Notes under the pieces: model-generated
Database searches by the model: none
The model's input: the letters and a program-made list of their open reading frames with translations, nothing else
What the model was told of the DNA's origin: nothing
Program-made: the position numbers and the translations under genes
Origin: an uncultured Blautia sp.
Lineage (GTDB): Bacteria > Bacillota > Clostridia > Lachnospirales > Lachnospiraceae
Assembly (NCBI GenBank): GCA_946538475.1
Contig: CAMNGN010000001.1
Span: 1 to 37,746 of the forward strand
DNA: 37,746 nucleotides
Direction: 5' to 3'
Part shown: positions 1 through 10,693 of the stretch, piece by piece
How the letters are laid out: each line of letters starts with the position of its first letter
Position numbering within the stretch: position 1 is the first letter of the stretch

Positions 1-77
1 ACTACGACAGCAGCTACGATTACGATTCGGGCTATTACGACTATAATTATGACTACGACTATGACTACGGGTATTGA
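1..77 (+). CDS. 3' end of an upstream gene (partial) with a Tyr/Asp-rich low-complexity C-terminus
   Basis: Frame from nt 3 reads [24 protein letters not shown] then TGA (75-77). It overlaps the hemW start and is not in the ORF track because the window edge cuts it. Confidence 0.7.
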   Translation, partial: YDSSYDYDSGYYDYNYDYDYDYGY

Positions 78-1218
78 TGAGAGGCGGACAGGCATATATG
101 TGCACATTCCTTTCTGCCAAAGAAAATGCCTGTACTGCGATTTTCTGTCCGCACCGGCGGGGGAGGACGTGAAGAAAGCCTATATGGACGCCCTGACGCG
201 GGAGATCCGTTTCTGCGGCGAGAAAGGTACAGAAGCTGACACGGTCTTCATCGGAGGAGGCACTCCGAGCACCGTAGACCCATCCGCGCTCTCCGGCGTT
301 TTTGACGAAATTTACAGAGTTTTCAGGGTGTCCCCGGAGGCCGAAATCACGATAGAGGCAAATCCGGGGACCTTGTCTTATGATAAGCTGAAAATGTACC
401 GCCGCATGGGAATCAACCGCCTGAGCCTCGGGCTCCAGTCGACGGACGACAATGAGCTGAAGGTTCTCGGGAGGATCCACACCTTCGACGATTTTCTGGA
501 GAGCTTCGATCTTGCCCGGAAGGCCGGATTCGACAATATCAACCTGGACCTCATGTTTGCCCTGCCGGGACAGACGAGGGAAGGCTGGGGCAGAACTCTT
601 CGGCAGGCCGCGGCTTTAAAACCGGAGCACATCAGCGCCTACAGCCTTATCGTGGAGGAGGGGACTCCTTTTGCAAAGATGGAGCTTGACCTGCCCGATG
701 AGGATACCGAATACCGGATGTACGACGACACGGCGGATATCCTCAAGGAGTACGGCTTTCACAGATACGAGATCTCGAACTACGCGACTTTGGGGCGGGA
801 GTGCCGGCACAATTCTTCCTACTGGACAGGAAAGGACTATATCGGCTTTGGAATATCCGCCGCTTCACTTCGGCATGGCCGGAGATATTCTGTGACGGAT
901 GATCTGCAGGAGTATATTCGAAATGCAGATGACAGAGATCTGCTTCTCGAAAATGTACAGACGCTCACGCAGAAGGACAAGATGGAAGAATTTATGTTCC
1001 TGGGCCTTCGCATGACCAAAGGAGTAGAAAAAGAAGAGTTTCAGAGACGCTTCGGCCATGGCATGGAAGAAGTGTATGGCAGTGTACTGATGAAATATAC
1101 AAATCTCGGCCTGCTGGCGCAGGAGGACGGCAGAGTTTTTCTGACGGACAGAGGCATTCACGTGAGCAACCGCGTCATGGCGGACTTTCTGCTCGATGAA
1201 GGAGATCTTTATGACTGA
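61..1218 (+). CDS. hemW: Radical SAM heme chaperone HemW (HemN-like)
   Basis: IYVHIPFC, CxxxCxxC (CQRKCLYC), [14 protein letters not shown] and HNxxYW motifs. Start is ATG 61 or ATG 49, both inside the upstream gene tail. Confidence 0.9.
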   Translation: MTTGIDERRTGIYVHIPFCQRKCLYCDFLSAPAGEDVKKAYMDALTREIRFCGEKGTEADTVFIGGGTPSTVDPSALSGVFDEIYRVFRVSPEAEITIEANPGTLSYDKLKMYRRMGINRLSLGLQSTDDNELKVLGRIHTFDDFLESFDLARKAGFDNINLDLMFALPGQTREGWGRTLRQAAALKPEHISAYSLIVEEGTPFAKMELDLPDEDTEYRMYDDTADILKEYGFHRYEISNYATLGRECRHNSSYWTGKDYIGFGISAASLRHGRRYSVTDDLQEYIRNADDRDLLLENVQTLTQKDKMEEFMFLGLRMTKGVEKEEFQRRFGHGMEEVYGSVLMKYTNLGLLAQEDGRVFLTDRGIHVSNRVMADFLLDEGDLYD

Positions 1219-4036
1219 ACGAAACCCAAAAAGCAAGTTTATCCGCATCCGCGGAGCAAACGAAAACAACCTGAAAAGCATAAATGTGGATATTCCCCGC
1301 GATCAGTTCGTGGTGCTCACCGGACTCTCCGGTTCGGGAAAGTCTTCGCTCGCGTTTGACACGATCTATGCGGAAGGCCAGCGAAGATACATGGAATCGC
1401 TCTCTTCCTATGCGCGGCAGTTCCTGGGACAGATGGAAAAGCCCGATGTAGAGAGCATAGAAGGACTTCCTCCCGCAATTTCGATCGACCAGAAATCGAC
1501 AAACCGCAATCCCCGTTCGACGGTCGGTACCGTGACGGAGATATATGACTATTTCCGTCTGCTCTACGCGAGGATCGGTATCCCGCACTGCCCGAACTGC
1601 GGGCGCGAGATCAGCAGGCAGTCCGTCGACCAGATGGTCGATCAGATCATGTCCCTGCCCGAAAAGACCAGACTTCAGCTTTTGGCTCCCGTGGTCCGAG
1701 GCCGAAAAGGTACACATGCCAAAGTCATCGAGCAGGCCAGAAAAAGCGGCTATGTCCGTGTGCAGATCGACGGCAACATGTACGAGCTGTCGGAAGAGAT
1801 CAAACTGGACAAAAACGTCAAGCACACTATCGCGATCATCGTGGACCGCCTTGTGGTGAAAAAGGGCACGGAAAAACGTCTTGCGGATTCGATCGAGACG
1901 GTGCTCGGGCTCACCGACGGCCTGCTGGTCGTAGACACGATGGACGGCAAATATCTGAACTTCAGCCAGAGCTTTTCGTGCCCCGACTGCGGGGCCAGCG
2001 TAGACGAGATCGAGCCCAGAAGCTTTTCCTTCAACAATCCCTTCGGCGCCTGCCCGGACTGTGCGGGTCTGGGATACAAGATGGAGTTCGACCCCGAGCT
2101 GATGATCCCCGATGAGAGCAAAAGCATCGAGGACGGGGCCATAGTGGTGATGGGGTGGCAGTCCAGTACAGAGAAGGGCAGCTTTACCCATGCGATCCTC
2201 GAAGCGCTCGCAAAGGAATATCAGTTCAGCCTCAACACGCCTTACAAGGACTACCCGGAAAAAATAAAGAACATCCTGATCTACGGAACCGACGGCAAAC
2301 AGGTCAAGGTGCACTATAAAGGACAGCGCGGAGAAGGGGTGTACGACGTGGCATTCCCCGGTCTGATCAGAAATGTGGAGCAGCGCTACCGCGAGACCGG
2401 CTCCGACACGATGAAGCAGGAGTACGAAACCTTCATGCGCATCACGCCCTGTACCACATGCCGCGGTCAGAGGCTCAAAAAAGAGTCCCTCGCGGTGACG
2501 GTCGCAGATAAGAATATCTATGAGATCACACAGATGTCCGTCGAGCGTCTGCTGGAATTCCTCGGCGGGATGGAGCTCACCGAACAGCAGAAGCTGATCG
2601 GCAAACAGATCCTGAAGGAGATCAACTCCAGAGTCCGCTTCCTGAGCGATGTCGGGCTGGAGTACCTGTCCCTCGGACGGGCCACGGGGACGCTTTCGGG
2701 CGGCGAAGCCCAGCGTATCCGTCTGGCTACCCAGATCGGTTCCGGCCTGGTGGGCGTGGCCTACATTCTCGATGAGCCCAGCATCGGGCTTCATCAGAGG
2801 GACAATCAGAAACTGCTGAATTCGCTGATGAAGCTCCGCGACCTCGGAAACACGCTGATCGTCGTCGAGCACGACGAGGAGACCATGCGTGCGGCGGACG
2901 TCGTTATCGATATCGGTCCGGGAGCGGGAGAGCACGGCGGAGAACTGGTGGCCATGGGATCCGTACAGGATCTGATCGCCTGCCCGGCCTCCGTCACCGG
3001 CGAATATCTGGGCGGACGTAAGAAGATCCCCATCCCCGAAGTGAGGCGAAAACCGGAGGGGTGGCTTACCATACGCGGCGCCGCCGAGAACAACCTGAAG
3101 CACATCGACGTGCAGATCCCTCTCGGGGTGATGACCTGTGTGACGGGCGTCTCGGGATCGGGCAAAAGCTCCCTGATCAACCGCATTCTTTACGAAGTGC
3201 TGGCCAAAAAGCTCAATCATGCGCGGACTACCCCCGGTAAGCATGACAGTATCGAGGGCATAGAACAGCTGGACAAGGTCATCAGTATCGACCAGTCCCC
3301 CATCGGCCGTACACCGCGCTCAAATCCCGCCACGTACACCGGTGTTTTCGACCAGATCCGCGATCTGTTTGCCGCGACGCCGGATGCCAAGGCTAAGGGA
3401 TATAAGAAGGGGCGCTTCAGCTTCAACGTAAAAGGCGGACGCTGCGAAGCGTGCTCGGGCGACGGCATCATCAAGATCGAGATGCATTTCCTGCCGGACG
3501 TCTACGTGCCGTGCGAAGTCTGCAAAGGCCGCAGGTACAACCGCGAGACGCTGGATGTAAAATATAAGGATAAAAGTATTTACGATGTACTGAACATGAC
3601 GGTGGAAGAAGCACTCCTGTTCTTTGAGAATATGCCGAGCATAAGGCGGAAGATCGAAACCCTGAACGACGTGGGCCTTTCCTACATCCGCCTCGGCCAG
3701 CCTTCCACCACGCTTTCGGGAGGCGAAGCCCAGAGGATCAAGCTGGCCACCGAGCTCAGCCGCAGAAGCACCGGCCGCACCATCTATATCCTGGATGAAC
3801 CGACTACGGGACTCCATTTTGCGGATGTGCACAAGCTGACCGATATTCTGAGGAGACTCTCCGAAGGCGGAAATACCGTGGTCGTGATCGAACATAACCT
3901 TGACGTAATCCGTACAGCGGATTACATTATAGATATGGGCCCCGAGGGAGGAGAGGGCGGCGGCACGGTGATCGCGTCCGGAACTCCCGAGGAGATCGCG
4001 GCAAATCCCGCTTCCTACACGGGCCATTATATATAG
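1211..4036 (+). CDS. uvrA: Excinuclease ABC subunit A
   Basis: Two Walker A motifs ([18 protein letters not shown]), two LSGGEAQRI signatures, CxxC zinc fingers. GGAG RBS at 1201 before ATG 1211. Confidence 0.98.
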   Translation: MTERNPKSKFIRIRGANENNLKSINVDIPRDQFVVLTGLSGSGKSSLAFDTIYAEGQRRYMESLSSYARQFLGQMEKPDVESIEGLPPAISIDQKSTNRNPRSTVGTVTEIYDYFRLLYARIGIPHCPNCGREISRQSVDQMVDQIMSLPEKTRLQLLAPVVRGRKGTHAKVIEQARKSGYVRVQIDGNMYELSEEIKLDKNVKHTIAIIVDRLVVKKGTEKRLADSIETVLGLTDGLLVVDTMDGKYLNFSQSFSCPDCGASVDEIEPRSFSFNNPFGACPDCAGLGYKMEFDPELMIPDESKSIEDGAIVVMGWQSSTEKGSFTHAILEALAKEYQFSLNTPYKDYPEKIKNILIYGTDGKQVKVHYKGQRGEGVYDVAFPGLIRNVEQRYRETGSDTMKQEYETFMRITPCTTCRGQRLKKESLAVTVADKNIYEITQMSVERLLEFLGGMELTEQQKLIGKQILKEINSRVRFLSDVGLEYLSLGRATGTLSGGEAQRIRLATQIGSGLVGVAYILDEPSIGLHQRDNQKLLNSLMKLRDLGNTLIVVEHDEETMRAADVVIDIGPGAGEHGGELVAMGSVQDLIACPASVTGEYLGGRKKIPIPEVRRKPEGWLTIRGAAENNLKHIDVQIPLGVMTCVTGVSGSGKSSLINRILYEVLAKKLNHARTTPGKHDSIEGIEQLDKVISIDQSPIGRTPRSNPATYTGVFDQIRDLFAATPDAKAKGYKKGRFSFNVKGGRCEACSGDGIIKIEMHFLPDVYVPCEVCKGRRYNRETLDVKYKDKSIYDVLNMTVEEALLFFENMPSIRRKIETLNDVGLSYIRLGQPSTTLSGGEAQRIKLATELSRRSTGRTIYILDEPTTGLHFADVHKLTDILRRLSEGGNTVVVIEHNLDVIRTADYIIDMGPEGGEGGGTVIASGTPEEIAANPASYTGHYI

Positions 4037-4052
4037 AAAAGGAAAAATACAA

Positions 4053-5051
4053 ATGCCTGCCACTGATATCGGAATCGATCTTGGATCCAGGAACAGCCTG
4101 GTCTATTCAACAACACAGGGCATCATGCTTTCGGAACCCACTGTGGCCGTGTACGACCGCAACGCGGGCAAGATCCGCGCCATCGGCGAGGAAGCAAGAC
4201 AGATGACGGGAAGGCCGAGCACCAACCTTGAGGTCGTGAGGCCGATCCGCCACGGTGTGGTCTCGGACTATATCGTGCTGGAAAAGATGCTCAAATATTT
4301 TATCTCCAAGGCGCTGGGACGCCGTGCTTTTCGAAAGCCGAGGATAGCCGTGTGCGTCCCCGCCGGCATTACGGAGATCGAGTGCCGCGCCATCGAAGAG
4401 GCCACCTATCAGTCCGGCGCCCGCAAGGTGTATCTCGCCAAGGCGCCCATAGCCGCGGCGATCGGGGCCGGCATCGATATCTTAAAACCCTTCGGCAACA
4501 TGATCGTGGACATCGGCGCCGGCACGACCGACGCTGCGGTCGTCACGATCGGCGGCATGGCCGTGCAGAATTCTGTGCGGGTTGCCGGCGACAGCTTCAG
4601 CCAGGCGATCATGAGATACATGCGCGAAAAACACAGCCTTTTTATCGGCGAAGAGACCGCCGAGACGGTCAAGCTCAGGATCGGCACCGCTTTTGCCGAC
4701 AGGGAGATCCGTGTGATGGACGTTAAAGGACGAAATGTCGTGACCGGTCTTCCGAAGATCGTAAGGCTTTCATCCGAAGAAGTGAGGATGGCCATGCGTG
4801 AGCCGGCGGGCCAGATCGTCGATACCATACACGGCGTGCTCGAAAAAACACCGCCCGAGCTGGCGGCAGACATCGTGCACAGAGGCATTCTCCTGACAGG
4901 AGGAGGCGCACAGCTCAGCGGACTTGACAGACTGATCGAGGACAGGCTCGGCGTTCATACCATGACCGTCCATGAACCGGTGACGGCCGCTGTGGTAGGA
5001 ACGGGAAAATATGCGGAGGTCATGGCAAAATTTGACTCCGGCCGGCAGTAA
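4053..5051 (+). CDS. mreB: MreB/Mbl-family actin-like ATPase (divergent paralog)
   Basis: IGIDLGS, VRPIRHGVV, MIVDIGAGTTD, LEKTPPELAADI and LTGGGA motifs. Confidence 0.85.
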   Translation: MPATDIGIDLGSRNSLVYSTTQGIMLSEPTVAVYDRNAGKIRAIGEEARQMTGRPSTNLEVVRPIRHGVVSDYIVLEKMLKYFISKALGRRAFRKPRIAVCVPAGITEIECRAIEEATYQSGARKVYLAKAPIAAAIGAGIDILKPFGNMIVDIGAGTTDAAVVTIGGMAVQNSVRVAGDSFSQAIMRYMREKHSLFIGEETAETVKLRIGTAFADREIRVMDVKGRNVVTGLPKIVRLSSEEVRMAMREPAGQIVDTIHGVLEKTPPELAADIVHRGILLTGGGAQLSGLDRLIEDRLGVHTMTVHEPVTAAVVGTGKYAEVMAKFDSGRQ

Positions 5052-5107
5052 AGCCACATGCAGGGAAACAGCGTGTGGCTTTCCTTATTCATACGGAGGA
5101 GAGACAC

Positions 5108-7357
5108 TTGAGTGAATTTCTGACAGGATACATAGATCATATCATTTACCGGAACGAGGAGAACGGGTATACGGTGCTGGTCCTTAAAAGAGAAGGGGAC
5201 GAAGAGACGACCTGCGTCGGATCGTTCCCCGACATCGCACCCGGAACGGCGATCAAGGCAGAGGGAGAATTTACCAGACATGCCTCCTACGGCCTGCAGT
5301 TTCAGATCACGGCCTACGAGGAACAGGCCCCCGAGGACAGCCTTGCGATGGAGAGGTATCTCGGGAGCGGCGCCATCAAAGGGATCGGGGCCAAAATGGC
5401 AGCCCGCATAGTGCGGCATTTTGGCGAGGATACACTGCGCATCCTCGAAGAAGAGCCCGAGAGACTCGCCGAGATCAAAGGGATCACACCGCGTAAAGCA
5501 CTCGACATTTCCTCGCAGCTTGCGGAGAAGGCCGGGATGCGTAAAGCGATGATGTTTCTGCAGAAATACGGGATCTCGCTGAATCTCGGAGCGAAGATCT
5601 ATCAAAAGTACGGACAGGAACTGTACAAAGTGCTGCAGGAGAATCCGTACCGACTTGCGGAAGACATCGATGGTGTCGGATTCCGCATCGCGGATGACAT
5701 TGCGGGCCGCATAGGAATACAGGCAGATTCAGAATACAGGATCCGCAGCGGCATTTTGTATATTTTACAGCAGACGGCCCAGGAGGGGCATGTGTGCCTG
5801 CCAAAGGAAGAGCTGATCGCAAAGGCGGCGGATCTCCTTTCGGTGGACCCCGTCTATATGGAAAAGCACCTGACCGATCTGGCGCTGGACCGCAAGATCG
5901 TGGTGCGGGAGGAAGAAGACGGGGTGATGATCTACCCGGCTGTCTATTATTACACAGAACTGAACACCGCGAGAATGCTCTCAGAGCTCAAGCAGCAATG
6001 TCCCAAAGGCCGCGGGGTATCCGAAGAAAGACTGGAGGATATCGAAAAGAACACAGGGACGGTCCTCGACGAGATGCAGCGAAAAGCGGTCTCTGAGGCG
6101 GCCGAAAACGGTGTGTTTGTCCTCACCGGCGGCCCGGGCACGGGAAAAACGACCACGATCAACGCGATCATCCGCTACTTTGACGACGGCGATACGCTGA
6201 TCAGTCTGGCCGCACCGACAGGCAGGGCCGCCAAACGGATGACGGAGGCTACCGGGTACGAAGCGATGACGATCCACCGGCTTCTGGAGCTCAGCGGACT
6301 TCCGGAAGAAGGGCAGGAAAGCCGTCAGGTGCACTTCGAGCGAAACGCACAGAATCCTCTGGAGGCGGATGTGATCATCATCGACGAAATGTCCATGGTG
6401 GATATCTTTCTCATGCACTCGCTTCTGCAGGCGGTGGTCCCCGGCACCCGCCTTATCCTGGTGGGGGACGAAAACCAGCTTCCCAGCGTGGGGCCGGGCA
6501 ATGTGCTGAGGGACATCATCAGAAGCGGCTGCTTTTCTGTCATCACCCTCAGAAAGATCCACAGGCAGGCGATGGACAGCGATATCATCGTCAATGCACA
6601 CAAGATCAACAGGGGAGAGCAGGTAGCCACCGACAATAAGAGCAGAGACTTTTTCTTCCTTAAAAGATATGATACGGACATGATCCTGCGCGTGATGATC
6701 GCGCTGATCAAAGAAAAGCTTCCGCGTTATGTGGACGCTCCCCCGTCCGAGATCCAGGTGCTGACGCCCATGCGCAAAGGCACCCTGGGAGTGGAAAACC
6801 TCAATCTTATCCTGCAGAAATACCTCAATCCGCCTTCTCCCGGCAAGAGAGAGAAGGAGCAGGGCGACAGAGTCTTCCGCGAAGGCGACAAGGTGATGCA
6901 GATCCGCAACAACTATCAGATGGAGTGGGAGATAAAAGGCAGATACAACATTCCGATCGCAAAAGGCGTCGGTGTCTTTAACGGAGATACCGGCATCCTC
7001 GAGGAGATCAACGAGTTTGCCGAGTGCGTCACCGTTCAATTTGAGGACGGGAGGACCGCAGAATACTCGTTCAAACAGCTCGAGGAGCTCGAACTTGCAT
7101 ATGCGATCACCATACACAAAGCACAGGGGTCCGAGTATCCGGCGGTGATCCTGCCGCTGCTTACCGGCCCCCGGATGCTGATGAACCGGAACCTGCTCTA
7201 CACGGCAGTCACCAGAGCCAGAAAATGTGTGACGGTAGTGGGGAGCGAAGAGACGTTTGCCTCTATGATCCGCAACGAACAACAGATGAAAAGGTACAGC
7301 TACCTGGACAAAAGGATAACGGAGTTCGCAAAAGGATCGGAGGATGATATATATTGA
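5108..7357 (+). CDS. recD2: ATP-dependent RecD2-family DNA helicase
   Basis: N-terminal HhH region (IKGIG), GGPGTGKTT, APTGRAAKR, IDEMSM, GDENQLPSVG, YAITIHKAQGSE, LYTAVTRA. TTG 5108 follows a GGAGGA RBS. Confidence 0.93.
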   Translation: MSEFLTGYIDHIIYRNEENGYTVLVLKREGDEETTCVGSFPDIAPGTAIKAEGEFTRHASYGLQFQITAYEEQAPEDSLAMERYLGSGAIKGIGAKMAARIVRHFGEDTLRILEEEPERLAEIKGITPRKALDISSQLAEKAGMRKAMMFLQKYGISLNLGAKIYQKYGQELYKVLQENPYRLAEDIDGVGFRIADDIAGRIGIQADSEYRIRSGILYILQQTAQEGHVCLPKEELIAKAADLLSVDPVYMEKHLTDLALDRKIVVREEEDGVMIYPAVYYYTELNTARMLSELKQQCPKGRGVSEERLEDIEKNTGTVLDEMQRKAVSEAAENGVFVLTGGPGTGKTTTINAIIRYFDDGDTLISLAAPTGRAAKRMTEATGYEAMTIHRLLELSGLPEEGQESRQVHFERNAQNPLEADVIIIDEMSMVDIFLMHSLLQAVVPGTRLILVGDENQLPSVGPGNVLRDIIRSGCFSVITLRKIHRQAMDSDIIVNAHKINRGEQVATDNKSRDFFFLKRYDTDMILRVMIALIKEKLPRYVDAPPSEIQVLTPMRKGTLGVENLNLILQKYLNPPSPGKREKEQGDRVFREGDKVMQIRNNYQMEWEIKGRYNIPIAKGVGVFNGDTGILEEINEFAECVTVQFEDGRTAEYSFKQLEELELAYAITIHKAQGSEYPAVILPLLTGPRMLMNRNLLYTAVTRARKCVTVVGSEETFASMIRNEQQMKRYSYLDKRITEFAKGSEDDIY

Positions 7358-8088
7358 ATCATATAGCAGAAAAGATACTCGATATTCTGTACCCCAGAAA
7401 ATGCCCCGGCTGCGGCGAGATCCTTCGCCCGCAGGGCAGACTGATCTGTCCGGATTGTGAAAACATGCTCAGGCCGCTTATCGTCCCTGCGGACGAGGAG
7501 GAAAATGCGCCTGCGCTCTGCATGAAATGCGGGGCACCGCTGACCGGCGAGGGAGAGTACTGCCGGATGTGCACGGCGCATCCCCATGTCTTCGAGCAGG
7601 GACGGGCGATATTCATCTATGACGACCGGTGGAAAAGGTCGCTGGAGCGGTATAAATTTTACGGACACAGGGAGTATGCGGATTTTTACGCGGCGGCGAT
7701 GGTAAAGTGGGGAGGGGACGCGATACGAAGGTGGGCCCCCGACCTGATCGTGCCCATTCCGCTGCACAGGCAGAAGGAAAAGGCCCGCGGCTTCAATCAG
7801 GCGCGCCTCATTGCGGAGAAGGCGGCAGGCCGTACCGGCATACCTGTATCGAGTGATATTCTGCTTAAGACAAGAAAGACCGCCGCACAGAAAAAGCTTG
7901 ATTATGTCCACAGAAGGCGAAACCTGAAGGATGCTTTTTCCTGCAGATACAGGCTTTCCGGCGAAAGGATACTCCTGATCGACGATGTCTACACCACGGG
8001 GAGCACGATGGACGCCGCCGCTTCCTGCTTAAAGAGCGCAGGCGCAGGACCGGTCTTCTTTCTGACCTTATGCATAGCGGTCAGATGA
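7354..8088 (+). CDS. comF: ComF-family protein (double zinc ribbon plus phosphoribosyltransferase domain)
   Basis: Four CxxC pairs, RGFNQA and LLIDDVYTTGST. TTG start overlaps the recD2 stop. Confidence 0.9.
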   Translation: MNHIAEKILDILYPRKCPGCGEILRPQGRLICPDCENMLRPLIVPADEEENAPALCMKCGAPLTGEGEYCRMCTAHPHVFEQGRAIFIYDDRWKRSLERYKFYGHREYADFYAAAMVKWGGDAIRRWAPDLIVPIPLHRQKEKARGFNQARLIAEKAAGRTGIPVSSDILLKTRKTAAQKKLDYVHRRRNLKDAFSCRYRLSGERILLIDDVYTTGSTMDAAASCLKSAGAGPVFFLTLCIAVR

Positions 8089-8124
8089 CCCTGCGGTTTA
8101 GTAAACATAAAACTTGAAAAAACC

Positions 8125-8153
8125 TTTTCATGAGGGTTCTTGTATGTTATAAT
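8125..8153 (+). promoter_or_regulatory. Probable sigma-A promoter with extended -10
   Basis: TTTTCA (8125-8130), 17-nt spacer, TATAAT (8148-8153) preceded by TG at 8145-8146, in an AT-rich intergenic region. Confidence 0.7.
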
Positions 8154-8222
8154 AGATAATCGTATAAACTTCCCGCATTATGCCCGACGGGCAATGCAGA
8201 TCGTGTTAAGGAGAACAATAAA

Positions 8223-8657
8223 GTGCTGAACGAAGAAAAAGTCAGGACGATGAACAGGCTCGCTCTGTACGAGCAGACCGAAGGGCGCAAGTACCTTCCC
8301 GTCAGCAAGTACTACCGCAGCGATTATATAGGACTGGCACTGATCAAAAACTTTTTTCTGGTCACGATAGGATATGCACTGATCGTAGCGGCAGTGGGTG
8401 TCTATTTCGGCGAGTATCTGATGGATAATATCCACAAGATGGATATCATGGAGATCGGGATCGATATCGCACTGGGGTACGTGATCGTGCTCCTGGTCTA
8501 TACGGTCCTTACGTATATACAGTATTCGGTCAAATATCATATTGCCAAAAAGAGCGTGAGAGGTTATTATGATGAACTTACCAGGCTCGAAAAAATGTAT
8601 AACCGGGAGGAAAGAAAGCCCTCGGGATACAGAAACACGGGAGGAATAAGCGGATGA
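8223..8657 (+). CDS. Small membrane protein of unknown function (2 predicted TM helices)
   Basis: GTG start after AAGGAG, two hydrophobic segments, stop overlaps the next start (ATGA). Confidence 0.8.
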   Translation: MLNEEKVRTMNRLALYEQTEGRKYLPVSKYYRSDYIGLALIKNFFLVTIGYALIVAAVGVYFGEYLMDNIHKMDIMEIGIDIALGYVIVLLVYTVLTYIQYSVKYHIAKKSVRGYYDELTRLEKMYNREERKPSGYRNTGGISG

Positions 8658-9760
8658 CGGCGCTGCTTGAATTTAAACAGAAATTAAAAAATCTGTACGG
8701 AAGAATGGAACTGTACCTGATGCCGGTGTTTAAATTTGCTGTCGCATTCGTATATTTCCTGTGGATAAACGAAAACATGGGCTATATGACCCAGCTGAAC
8801 AGCATCTTTGTGCTGCTGATCCTTGCCCTTATCTGCTGCATATTGCCGTCGGGGGCGACTGCTTTTGTCGGTTTTGTACTGATGATCGGGCATGCTTACG
8901 CTCTGGGCATCGAGATCGGCGCGTTTATGCTGGTGCTGATCATTCTTATCGCGGTTCTTTTTCTGCGCTTTTCGGGCGGATTATATCCGGTACTTATATG
9001 TACACCGCTGTCCTTCGGGTTCGGTGTTCCTGTCCTTCTTCCCATCGGCTCCGGCCTTCTGGGAAGTGCTTTTTCGATCTTTCCGTCCACAAGCGGAGTG
9101 ATCCTCTACTATTTTATCAGGTTCCTCAAAACCAACTCCGAAGCCATCCTGAATCCCGATCTGGAGATCCTGCAGAGGCTTAAGCTTCTGGCCGACGGAC
9201 TGGTCCTCAACTGGACGATGTGGATGACGGTCATCGCCTTTGCGGTGGTGATCCTGCTGGTCAACCTGATCAGGACACGCGCATTCGATTATGCATGGCG
9301 GATAGCCATCATAGCGGGCGGGGTCACGTATGTGCTGGTGTTCGTGCTCGAGGCGTATTTCCTTGACGTCACGATCCTTCTTCAGCCGCTTCTCATTCAG
9401 GCGGGCATCTCGATCGTGGTCGGCCTTATCCTTGAGTTCTTCTTCTTCGGCGGCGACTACAGCCGGACCGAAAGGCTCAACTATGAGGACGACGAGTATT
9501 ATTACTACGTAAAGGCCGTTCCCAAAGCTACCGTCTCGACCTCGAAGCGAAGCATCAAGAGGATAACCGGCCAGCCCTCGGGTTCCGAGCGCAAGTCGTC
9601 CGACCCGGTCGTGAGTTATGAACCGCATCCCGGAAGAGAAGAGCTTCCTCCTCTGCAGTATACACGGCGCACCGAGGAGGCGCCTCCTGTGGAGACGGCT
9701 GTCGATGTCGACCGGATCGACTTTGAAAAAAAACTGGAAGAGTCTCTTAAAGATCTCTGA
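8654..9760 (+). CDS. Polytopic membrane protein of unknown function
   Basis: Multiple hydrophobic segments followed by a soluble tail containing DYSRTERLNYEDDEYYYYVKAVPK. GGAGG RBS. Confidence 0.85.
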   Translation: MTALLEFKQKLKNLYGRMELYLMPVFKFAVAFVYFLWINENMGYMTQLNSIFVLLILALICCILPSGATAFVGFVLMIGHAYALGIEIGAFMLVLIILIAVLFLRFSGGLYPVLICTPLSFGFGVPVLLPIGSGLLGSAFSIFPSTSGVILYYFIRFLKTNSEAILNPDLEILQRLKLLADGLVLNWTMWMTVIAFAVVILLVNLIRTRAFDYAWRIAIIAGGVTYVLVFVLEAYFLDVTILLQPLLIQAGISIVVGLILEFFFFGGDYSRTERLNYEDDEYYYYVKAVPKATVSTSKRSIKRITGQPSGSERKSSDPVVSYEPHPGREELPPLQYTRRTEEAPPVETAVDVDRIDFEKKLEESLKDL

Positions 9761-9823
9761 TCGTAACCGGTCAGAACTGATATCTCCGCTCACTCTGCGG
9801 AGAAAAACAGAAGGAGGACTGCA

Positions 9824-10693
9824 GTGCAGAACGTCCTGTCGTTTCTGATGAAATTCCTGTCCAGGATCACGATACCTGTAGTCGGGATCACGGACATTCT
9901 CGAGATCATTCTGATTTCCTATTTTGTGTATCAGTTTATTGTATGGATCAAGTTTACCCGGGCGTATTCGCTTCTCAAAGGTATCCTTGTGATCGCGGCC
10001 TTCATCCTGGTTGCGTACGTGCTCAGGATGAATACGATCCTCTGGCTTTTCCGCAATCTGGCCAGCGTCCTGATCATCGGTCTGATCATCATTTTTCAGC
10101 CCGAGCTCAGGCGTGTGCTGGAACAGCTTGGGCAGCGAAAACTGTTCGCCAATCTGTTCTCGCTGGATTCCGGAAAGGATGTAAAAGAACGCTTTACAGA
10201 CCGCACCATCAACGAGATCACGCGGGCAGCCTTTGAGATGGGCGCAGTGAGGACGGGAGCCCTCATTGTGGTGGAACAGGATGTCAGGCTGGGCGAGTAC
10301 GAACGCACCGGCATCAATATCGACGCGATCCTTACAAGCCAGCTGCTGATCAACATTTTTGAAAAGAACACCCCGCTCCATGACGGAGCTGTTATCGTCC
10401 GCGGCAATCGTGTCGTTGCCGCCACCTGTTATCTGCCTCTGTCCGACAACATGGAGCTCAGCAAACAGCTGGGGACCCGGCACCGCGCAGGTGTGGGCAT
10501 CAGCGAAGTGAGCGATTCTCTTACGATCATTGTGTCGGAGGAGACAGGGCATGTATCCATAGCAAGACGAGGAAGGCTGATCAGCAATGTTACGAACGCC
10601 GAACTGAAAAAAGCCCTGACGGAAATTCAGGACAAGAAAGTTGTGGAAAACCGCAAGCTTCGTCAGCTGCTGAGAGGTAGAATCAAAAGATGA
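9824..10693 (+). CDS. cdaA: Diadenylate cyclase CdaA
   Basis: Three N-terminal TM helices, FQPELRR, catalytic PLHDGA and GTRHRA motifs, VSEETG. AAGGAGG RBS and GTG start. Confidence 0.95.
   Translation: MQNVLSFLMKFLSRITIPVVGITDILEIILISYFVYQFIVWIKFTRAYSLLKGILVIAAFILVAYVLRMNTILWLFRNLASVLIIGLIIIFQPELRRVLEQLGQRKLFANLFSLDSGKDVKERFTDRTINEITRAAFEMGAVRTGALIVVEQDVRLGEYERTGINIDAILTSQLLINIFEKNTPLHDGAVIVRGNRVVAATCYLPLSDNMELSKQLGTRHRAGVGISEVSDSLTIIVSEETGHVSIARRGRLISNVTNAELKKALTEIQDKKVVENRKLRQLLRGRIKR

Noticed and set aside
1175-3244. 689-aa minus-strand ORF, and similar long antisense ORFs at 5981-7282, 8981-10552, 18735-19982, 21413-22810 and 23659-24915
   Set aside because: They are shadows of well-supported plus-strand genes, expected from GC-rich third positions, with no recognisable motifs.
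4000-4036. UvrA ends abruptly at YTGHYI, possible truncation
   Set aside because: All ATPase motifs are complete; at most a few variable terminal residues are missing.
5075-5107. Upstream starts in the ORF track (5075, also 1196, 13836, 27820, 31018, 31077, 33923)
   Set aside because: Downstream starts have better-placed SD sequences and fit the expected family N-termini.
6050-6066. AACACAGGGACGGTCCT inside recD2, resembling the REP core
   Set aside because: It lacks the palindromic second half and encodes ordinary in-frame helicase sequence (NTGTVL); probably chance.
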